Positions 52,515 to 62,700 of a stretch of DNA of 64,000 nt are shown here, one piece after another. The notes beneath the pieces were generated by a model. The model ran no database searches. It worked only from the letters and a program-made list of their open reading frames with translations, and had not been told where the DNA came from. Each line of letters begins with the position of its first letter. The first letter of the stretch is position 1. Made by a program: the position numbers and the translations under genes. Source of the stretch: Geosiphon pyriformis uo1 (Eukaryota > Fungi > Glomeromycota); assembly GCA_016748015.1 (NCBI GenBank), contig JAAOMT010000047.1:64977-128976 (forward strand). Direction: 5' to 3'.

Positions 52515-54005
52515 TTACTCCAAGTTTTTATCAAATCTACCTTCTTTAACAGTTTCTAGTTCTGACAACCAAGGAGGCTCCTGAGTTGGACAAATCCCCA
52601 TCACTGACTCAAAATATGGGCCTTTATGTGAAAAGTCTACGATCTCATTATATTGTGCATTGCACCACTGTTTTTTAACGAAAAGAAAAACTTTAATTCC
52701 TTTATTAAATTTTGCGTGAGAAACCAAACATAGAAACCTCTAAAATCTCACCTGATTTTCCTCAAAAAAACCATCATCAACAGTATTTCCAAAACATTTA
52801 TATACAACGGGGTTTTCACAAGGACAAGCAAGAGCAATCCAATATTCCATATTATGATGTAGAAAACCTTTAAATTTTATCAGAGGCATTTGTGTTATGT
52901 AATCGTTTGAATGTGTGACACGATAAACGTAAATTTTATCATTTGATTCGACAAATCTTGCAAAAAATTTGTTGCCAATACGTGGTTGACCGTAAGTGTA
53001 TACGTCAATGTTTAAATGAGGCCATCTTCTGTTTAAATCCAAGGCGGCAAATATCGCATATACTCAGAAAAAAAAAATTTTATTGGAGAATCAAAGATTT
53101 AAGAAAGACAAAGTAACACGCGAAAAGCTAATCGAAAAAAACTTACCACCACCCACACCATGCGCCACTATATTTATATTTTGTACCTCGGTAATACCTG
53201 CTTTGCTGACAAGATTTCTAATGAGATTAGCACCTGATAAAGATCCTGGTTGATGTTCTTGGTGAAATTGATTGTAAAATTCTGAATCTACTCGTGAGTT
53301 TTCGTCGCTTAGATAATAGACAAATGAGGTACGTCTTTCTTGCCACTCTCTTACAGATAACTCAATTCCCCTTATGTATAAAATTATTTCTTCTTTTTTG
53401 AGGATTGTTTTTGCTGGGTATGTCGAAAAAAATTATGCTCGTATGAAAATTAATTGTCAAAAATATTTGCCAAAAAAAAACAACATACCGTAAATACCGG
53501 GTGCAATTTTACCATTTTTTTCATTCAGACAATACGCCAAACTAGCGTAATAGGCAAAATATTTCAATTGATTTAAAATTTCAATATTTTCCAGACGTAT
53601 TTTTCTACCTTCCAAAATATTTCTTTTTTGGGGTTTGCCAAAATTTCCTACCAACTTTCCATGATAAGTAGAATTCTTTGAAAAATTAAGAAGTCTTTGT
53701 TTTCGAAATTTGTGTGGTTGAATTGTTTTAGTATTGTTTTGATGAATCTGAACGGTTTTTTGGTTGCTTACAAATCCTGAGAAACCATCTGCTTTGTTTG
53801 AGTTTTTTTTCTTATCAAGGTTTGTATCGGGATGCGAGATAAAACTTTTATTGTTCAATTGAAATGTATAATCCTCTTTTCGACAATTTTTTTCGTGACT
53901 TAATGGCTCCTTATTCAATTTTAAATAAAAGATTGAACAAATTACCATTGCTAAAATTGAAAGAAAAATCTTCCAAAGTATGAAAAAAGTTTTATCTTTT
54001 ATCAT
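52515..54005 (-). CDS. Class-3 lipase-like protein, nucleophile Ser->Gly (paralog L5, ~415 aa; alternative upstream ATG at 54101)
   Basis: Exons 54005-53489, 53413-53147, 53062-52752 and 52667-52515. Motifs: YASLAYC, LYIRGI, IVAHGVGG, TYGQPRIGN, SNDYIT, EYWI, ACPC, HKGPYFESVMGIC. Confidence 0.87.
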
Positions 54006-56109
54006 TAAAGTGTATCGAGTAAAATCGAGATTGAAAGAAGTTTTGCTTCGATTGCAATGATTCAATATATAAAATTTTCTATAAAAAGATATTTCTTGCA
54101 TCCTTTATATCGTTTTTATATACGAGATTTTTGGTTTTACTTTTAACATAAATCCAGACAATTTTACCGATATTTTCGGCACAAAATTTACCGGATATGT
54201 TGCTATATGAATGAAAAGTGTGAGAAAACTTTTACCGATGCCGGAGGATCTAGATCAGGTTTTAGAAAATTGTTATAAATTTGTTATTGGGCCGGGTCCT
54301 TCATAAGATGTCGGTTTTTTTTTTTGCGCTTAAAATTCCGGTATCCCCGGATGGTTATATAACCAAGAAATTCATATTCCGACTTTTAAATTTGATAGAA
54401 AGAGTTTGCACAATAACTCTGTCTCACAATTTTACCTAGCATATCAATGATTTATTTGTTCATTAAACCGGAAAACAAAAAAAGAAAATTTATTAAATCA
54501 AAAGGTAATTATTTGTTTCAAACCTTAGGCAAATGAAATTACAATTATCCGAAACTAGGAAATTTCCTTGAATTTTAACTTCCCTTTACTATGATAATCA
54601 TTTGTCATCCTAATAATGATATCATTATTACTAATATTCAAACTAGCTTGGGATTTTTTTCATATTTTTAAAAATAAATGATAAAAAAATCTAGGATCTG
54701 TATTTTTTACATTCAATTTAAACTCTATTCTATCAAATAAAAGTAGTAAAATTTAACCAAACCAAATCTAAATTTATGAAATAAAGACCAGAAATTTAAT
54801 CTATATGCACCTTTGTATTTTTGAGGTTATCTTTTATAATGATAAAGACTTTTCAAAATTAAATTTGAGATAAAAGCGAATCGAAATATAGAGTCTTGGC
54901 TATGTTATTTCAGCAAAAAAATTATATAAGATGTCAAATATTAGAATAATACTTTAACATCACTTACAAAGTATTTTAATTACTTTGAGAAATCCTGTTA
55001 ATTTTTCCGTTCAAAAGTCAAATAAATAAAGTGTTAATATATCTCCAATATGTAAAAAAATTTTCAATATTTCTATTATCTCATTATTTTTTTGTGTTTG
55101 TTTAAACAATATTGACTAAAATGACTTGCCTCTTAATTTTGGAAATACCTTTTCTTTTTTTTTACTTAATTCTACCATATGTTGTGTAAATAATTAAATT
55201 GAGATTATATTTAGATATATAAGCAACTGATAAAAATATAAACAATGTATAAAGTTTTTATAAATACAAGTGACTTCTTAAAAGCTAAATGACTAAAATC
55301 TATTTTCATGTTTTTTTTTTATTTTGCTTTTTTTTGATATTCCAATTTGGTGATTTCCCATTTTCTCATGGTTATATTTGTTTCAAATTTACTTTATAAA
55401 TATTTAATTAACATAGGATAAATGATCTCCTTCATTGCAATTTTTGACAGAATAATTTTTTGGTAACATTGCTTCAGTAAATACCGAAAATTCGATCATG
55501 TTCTAACTTTTGGTATACTTTCAAAATCAACAAACTTACAAAAGTTTATTTTGGAAATAAGGAAAGATCGGAGTGTTGTAAAACCATGAATATACTCTTC
55601 AGATTTATGTGTATCCTGAATATCAAAGTTTTTTTCTACCTTTTAAATTGATACCGTTTCCACTTTTAATTTCTATGAATTCATTCGAATCAGAATTTCA
55701 AAGGAAAACATTATTAAAATTCTACCAGGCTAGATAAAATGTCGGTGTTTTAACGATCGTGGTAATATTGAACGAAAATCACATTAATCATTCTTCCGCA
55801 TCACTCTGAAAAAAAAAAAAGAAGCTTATTGAATTTTGCTTGTGACCCCTCTTAACATGAATGATGCACTTGAGTTCCGTACTCTTCATCTTGTAATCAA
55901 TTTAAACAAGTCAAATATTTATGTTGTATTTTGATAAGATCAGTTATTTTCCCGATCGCCCGGAATTTCTTTACTTCCAGAGTTTTCATCACGAATATTT
56001 AATACGACATCAGAATGTAATCTGTTTAGCATGGACACAATAGAAATTTTGATTTTGGAAAAGTCCATTAAAAATGAAATTTTAAACAAGTGATAACGAA
56101 AGCAGGCAC

Positions 56110-57502
56110 ATGTGGCCCTTCTTACGCATTTCTTCTGTGGGTGTTGAATCTTGGCGTAAAAATAAATTTCTAGAGAAAATAAACTGCATGATTTTAGCTG
56201 GCACAATATTGGGCTTTTATTTCCTCACGACGAAAGGCAGTGAGAAATGGAATAACATAGAACTAGCAATGAGTGACATAAATGAGACCATTTTAATAAA
56301 GGAGAATATATTCCAAAAAAGTGTATCAAAATATCCTCACAATATCAATAATTTTTCAATTCCCCTAAACCCAAAATTTCCTCAACTAAAAGTAAAAAAA
56401 TCATTAAAAGAGAAACCTAATTTATTTATCAGCACGATTGATCGTGATAGAGATCATTACGATGAACTAGGTGATAGAAAAGGTGGAAAAATATTAGTTA
56501 ATGATCAAGAACTATTGGAAAGACTTCGAAAGTTTGCTTTTTTTGCGAGTTTAGCGTATTGTTTAGATGACCAAAGAGGAAAAGTGATTCCAGGAATTTA
56601 TGGTACTTGTTTTTTCGACTGATTTCATTGCAGCTTTTAATATCTTTACTAATTATTTTTCCATCCAGCCGAATCTATTGTAGTAAAATCAAGTGAAAAT
56701 TCACAAAAAGAACTTATAATTTACATTCGTGGCTCAGCAAGCATCCAAACATGGTTTAAAAGGAAATTTAATTTGGAACCGTATCCAAATATTCCGAAAG
56801 CAAGGGTTGATAAATCATTTGCCAACCAATTTTATAAGCTGTCTCTAAAAGTAAAAGCAATGATACCTGAGGTAGCTTTAAAAAGGCTTAATTTTGTTGG
56901 ACATGGATTAGGCGGAGGTATGACCTTTTTATTGAAGCTTTGAAAGATTCTCTTGCTCTCTTAAACGTTTGAATTAATTTCACCTGAATATTTTTCATAG
57001 TGTTTGCAGTATTATTAGCTCAAGATCTAAGTGAAACATGGGATTACGTCGAGATGGCAGTATATACATTCGGTCAACCGAGAATTGGCGATAAATATTT
57101 CGCGTTGGAGATCAATAATTGGATAGCCGTTCATCGAGTTACTTTTTATGATGATATCGTGACTCGATTGCCACTTGATAATGAAAGAAACGGATTTATG
57201 CATCATGGGACTGAATTTTGGATTTCACCTTATTGTGAATGTGGTGATTATAAAGTGTACAAATGTCTAGGAACAAGATCTTTGGATGGGTTTACTGATG
57301 AAAATCCAGTATGTTCAACTTTAAAAGTGAGATGTTGCTGTTAAAAGAAAAGGAAGTACTAAATGAGAATAATTATGATCTTTTGTAGAGTTGTAGTAAC
57401 GCTTTTAAAACTATTAATATCAATTCCCACAACGGTCCTTATTTCGGTCAATATATGGGGATTTGTCCGGAATACACGCCTTCATGGGCATTAGATTTTT
57501 GA
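56110..57502 (+). CDS. Class-3 lipase-like protein, nucleophile Ser->Gly (paralog L6, ~387 aa)
   Basis: Exons 56110-56602, 56669-56917, 57001-57308 and 57389-57502. Motifs: FASLAYC, IYIRGS, FVGHGLGG, TFGQPRIGD, YDDIVT, EFWI, YCEC, HNGPYFGQYMGIC. Confidence 0.9.
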
Positions 57503-57744
57503 AAAAGAATAAATCATTCATTTCATCGTTTAGATTAAAGTGATCATAAAAATTATCAAACTTGTTTTCCGGCCTGATGTTATAATCTCGGTTAGATTGG
57601 TATGTCATATTTTCTCAAGTAGTGCAATATCTTCATCTTCTATTGTCATTCAAAATATAATTGAACAGGCACTTTACATATTTCAAATACCAAATTTCAC
57701 AAAATATTTTGAAAATGATCAAATTTAAGAGTTTTCAAGCCATG

Positions 57745-59739
57745 TTACAATGATAAAAAGAAAGTATTCAAGAGAAAAACTCCAGCCATAAGGATAAATC
57801 GCAATTCAACTTTTGATCCAGGTGAAATCATAAAATCGTTCCTCCGTCCGAAATTAATTTCGACATCACCACGGCGAGACTGTATGTTTAATGTACCTTT
57901 CACAGCAAAATCCTCATTAGTCAAATTTACATATCCGGCCTGGGAATGAGCACCTCCCGAATTTGTAAATTTTTTCGTGGCATCATTAATTGCTATTGAT
58001 CCTTCTATACTGGAAACGTTGTAATCTCCTGAAAATGTGTTATCCTTTATATAGTTGTGATAAAATTTCATGGATTAAACGAATCCTACTACTCTTCCTC
58101 ATAAATTCAGAATGAAGATAAAAAAGAAATACCAGATTAAGGGTTACATTTCCGGTATCTGTATTGATTTCAATTTTTGGTTGCTGTGTTTTCTTGGCCA
58201 CATGTAACTGCAGTTTGACTAAATCTTTATCCGTCTTTACGGATAAGCGTTCTCCTAACGAGTCAACATATCCGAGGACTGAACCTCCGTTTTTTACCAC
58301 AAAACTGGCCGAGTTGGCAGAAAAGCCCTTGTAAAAGGATATATTTTTGAGTGATTCCTCATGATCGAACTCAAAGATAAAGTCAAGAATAGAGACTCAC
58401 TCACCTGAAGTTTAATATAGCCGTCATCCACAAAAATATTTAGCGCTGTAAAGTTGTATGGCTTAACATTTGGCAACAAAGTTACATCAAATGACTGAAA
58501 ATTAAATGTTGTCGTCAAATTGTTGTTCGACTCAAGAGGAGGAAGCTTAATCTCGACACGGGCACGAGCACATTTTGCTCTCCCATAATTAATATTATCC
58601 CAGAATCTCCAATTTAAAGGTTTCTGCGTCTACAAATCCAAATTTAGGAGTTAAGATTTCATTCAAAAAATATATGATTTATACGAATCAAGCCAAAGCT
58701 TTCCTTACCAAATGCAGGATTTTGGTGTCTCCATCCTCTTGTAAGCTTTCATCTCTTGAAGAATCCTCGAGTGAATTGAATCTCACATCCATCTGGATAT
58801 TATTTGTGTTGTTTTCGTTCTGCGATATGTGAACTTCACGTCTCTGGATAATTTAGATCACAATTAAACTTTTTGAAAAATTAAAAGGTGAAATTGATTC
58901 ACCTCAATTTTCTCACTTTTCAAATTATTCATTGACCGCTTACCACAAAATTACCCTTAGTCGAAATGTTCAATTTCGTAAATTGGGCAGGGTCGTATTC
59001 ATAAGTTGTTGGTCTTATTTTATCTATCGAGAGACTTGTACACTTTGAGCTATGGGTCGTTATATGCATTGTCCACTAATGAGGAGAATATGTTATTTAA
59101 AAGAAATGAAAGTAAAAAAAAATTTCAAGATTTAATTTAAAAAATTAGGAAATTACCGCAATCCAAAAGAAGAATAGAATCAGATAAATAATAAAGAAAC
59201 ACAAAAGGCACGAGAAAAAATAAAAACAGCAATTGACTCTTCGATCTTTGAATTCCGGGCCTCTTTTGGCAAAGGACAGCATGTTGATTTTGGAGGCTAT
59301 GGATAGAGTTGAAAGAAACGATGATACTTAGAGAAGCTCTAAAAACGCTCAGAAAAAGAAAAAGTTTTTTGATATATATCCTTTTAAGAGCTCAATTTCC
59401 CTGAAATAATTATTAAGTTTTGACTCACCAGTCGGTTTTTCATCTTCCGTCTCGGGACTTGAGATATTTTTCTGACTAGTCGTTTTATTCATCTCACTAT
59501 TAGCGACTCCTCTTGTTTCATGCGCTTGGTTATAAATTGTTGGTTGAATTTCAACTTCTGCCGTCTTTAAGCAATATTATCAGCTACATTGAAAATTGGC
59601 TGGCCACTGAAATGGTTTGAGAATGCTTGATATTTACCTCAGGATCTTCTTCTGGTGTTGCATTGGGAAAAGGAGCCTCTCCATTCGCGGGTTGAGAGAA
59701 TTTTGGAGATGGAGTAATGGTATTTTTATTTTCTTCCAT
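57745..59739 (-). CDS. Membrane protein with a beta-strand-repeat (DUF4097/adhesin-like) ectodomain and hydrophobic C-terminus (~454 aa)
   Basis: Eight exons give one open frame: 59739-59638, 59564-59429, 59296-59157, 59075-58944, 58843-58709, 58629-58405, 58327-58133, 58044-57745. A polar N-tail precedes the TM CCFYFFSCLLCFFIIYLILFFFWIAW. Then come CARARVEIKLP and repeated beta-turn units (IFVDDGYIKL, VVKNGGSV, INTDTGNVTL, VSSIEGSI, IQSRRGDVEI). The domain name is assigned by eye. Confidence 0.78.
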
Positions 59740-61949
59740 AGCTTCAAAATTATTAAGGAAAAAAGAACAAGTGAAGGGAAAGAGCTTAAGATGATAACAG
59801 TAGAGTGAGTCTGTTATGATTTTCAGAACGATGTGGCTAACCATTTATCGATTCCCATTTTTGAACTGAGGTAAGTTTCTACCGTGACAGCATAGAAACA
59901 AGAACTTAAAATTCGGGAAATGTTTAAGTGTCACATCTATTACTTATATCTTTCAGTGGCTTGTGGAGTTTGTGAAAAGTTGCCACGGTTAATTCACATC
60001 TAAAAACTCGTCTGAAATTGCGGTGTTCGGATACACTGATTACATCCTGCAGGTTATGAAAGTTTAGGGCTGGCTGTTTTATTTTTTTTCATCCCTTTCT
60101 TGAAAATTTTAACTTCAGATAGAGGATTAAATCTAATTGTGTGAGCCTGACTTTAAATTATTTTCCAATCTGCTCTATGAAATCTCGCACTTTTTTTCAT
60201 ATAAAAAAAATCATAAGTTGAGCCCTGAAAATTGGAATACGAATTATTTTTAAAACTGCAATTTGATATTGTATTTATCATATTAAGAGGTGAAATTCAA
60301 TAAAATGGGGATTTAATTAATAAATATTTTTATCCCAAAATTAAGTGAATATAATGAAACCAAAATGTCTCAAAAATATTCTCAAAGATATATTTAATTT
60401 TTGAGGGCTTCCCAAATTAAGTACCATTTTTGCCTCAATGATTTTATCTTATTATGTAAACGTATGACGAACAAGCGTTCGTCATTTCTTATTAGGTATA
60501 TATGATTAATAATGCGATCTAAAACTCCAAATCCTATTAATAGGTTGAAGATGTATATTGCTTTACTTATTCTGGAGATTCGGGTAAAGGAATTTTTGTT
60601 CTAAAAATAGTGATAACCCAGTGTGTCCTTTGACATTTGATTGTTTGAAGTATAGGATATTGTTGCTTTCTAGATCCTGATATTAAATTCTAAGAGTGCT
60701 AATGTAAGACATAAAATTATACCAGTGTGTTATTATTTGTTAACAGTATGAACTATTTTTCTACTTTTAGATTTTCTGGTTATTCTTTGAATCCATACTC
60801 ATTCAATTTGCTTCTTTAAGTTGAATCCTCTTTGATTAATTTCATTATCTTACAATTCTTTTATAAGAAAAAAAATAAAAAAAATAAAAACTTTTTTGAA
60901 ATCAAAATTTTAACTTGTAAGTATTTAAATTCAATAAAAATTATATTTATAATATTTAAAAGTGTCATTAATATATTATTTTTGTTTTCGTTTTTGTCCT
61001 TGGATAAAGAATTTATTCAAGAGAAATAATGGATTAAATTGCTTTAAGAAAATTTTAAATTACATTTTCAACATAATTCCTAAAATTCTTTTGTTCCTAT
61101 TTGCAATTAGTTGTCATTGAATTTTCATTGGTTTAATTTAATTTTGGCCTAAATACTTAAAAAGTTTTAGTTTTAAGTTAATGTAAATATTAAATTTTTT
61201 ATTAAAAAAATACTTAAGTCTTTCCTTAGGCTTTAAATTTTACAAAAAAGTGACTACAGAAGATAAAAAATTTTTTAAGCTTGCCTCATATTAAAAAACA
61301 TAATAAAATTATAATTTTGGTGTTCTTTGATTATGATTTAAAAGAATATTTTGGTTTCTAAAAATCAAATTGTGTCAAAATAATATTTTCTTAATAAGAA
61401 ACTTTGTCAGATAATTTGGAAATTGGCTAAATATTTGATTATGATAACATGTAATTGAACGATAAATATTCCAGGCTTTCAAAACAGAAAGTTGATGCTA
61501 AGAATTTTCAACATTATTTTATTGTTATTAGGAATAAAAACAACTTTCTAATCATTTTTTTCAAGAAAGACCCGTTCAAATTATTATTTCTTTCCTGATA
61601 TTTAAGAACGAAACATAAAAACACCAAACATGATTGTTACAATTTCATGTTCAATAAATTTAATTATATAATAATAGTTGCTTATGCTATAAAATTAATT
61701 AAAATATAATTTTATTTTGAACCTTGAAATCATAAACTATTCAATGAAGTCGGTCCAATAAATGAAATATTTTTAAGAGGGCAAATAAATTTTTAAAAGT
61801 TTTATTTTCGATTTGAAGAAATAACCCCTTGCATACTTTATTAAATGGTTAGATTATAATTCTATAACCATAATGCCAAATATTATTATTCATAGTTTAT
61901 CTATTTAAAGTCTGACAATTAAAATGATATAAAAGCTAGAATTTTATAC

Positions 61950-62700
61950 ATAAGTCATTCTTGGCGATAAATACCCTTAAAGTATTCTGTCATTGAGTTT
62001 ACAAAAACAATTAAAATCTTCTTGAGAATTTTGGTCCACACCTTTATAATAAAACCTTCTAATTCTTTGAGCTTATTGGAATACGATTGAGTTTTAAGTC
62101 AAATGGTCAGTCAATGACTTTAGTAACGTTCTCTCTAAGGAATTTCTTTGCGTTACTACAGGTCATTTTTGAAGGTATTTTTAAAGAGCTTTTACATATC
62201 ATTATCTGTCGAAAACAAAGCAAACATGTTGCTCCTTTTATAGAAAATTAACCCCACATAAAAATCTTTCTCCGATCCTTTGGAATATGATGAACTGGTC
62301 TTTCACCACGATACCCGTGTTTCAAACTATTACGAAACAACCGAAAAGTTGTTTTATCAGTGAATTACGTTTTATTACAATCATAATTTCGATGGTCCTG
62401 ATTAATGTTAATTTTTTTGGCCAATATTTTAAAAATGCTTCGAAATAGTTGAGGGATGTAATATAGTTTTTCCTATTAGCTTTTGAGCAACTTTTTTGAG
62501 TGTATTATCCGATCGTTTTTTTTGGACGACTATTTCCTTTTCTATCTTCTGGATGCAACCTTTACGTGCTTCTTTAGTTTTGAAATAATTTCACACACCA
62601 AATAATTTTATACTCGAAGAATATTAATATTTTAACCCAAAGACCAATTTATTCTCTAAAGCTACCTTTTATTTTAAATTTATGGATATTATAATAGATT
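61950..62700 (-). mobile_element. Tc1/mariner (DDE_3-type) transposase remnant
   Basis: The minus strand gives KGNSRPKK, HRNYDCNKT*FTDKTTFRLFRN...HIPKDRRKIFMWG*FSIKGATCLLCFRQIM and AKKFLRENVTKVID*P, with stops and deletions. Confidence 0.72.

Noticed and set aside
48391-57502. Lipase-like genes as ordinary decaying pseudogenes or fragmented ORFs
   Set aside because: The ORF fragments join through GT..AG introns into full open frames in all six copies, with no stops or frameshifts.
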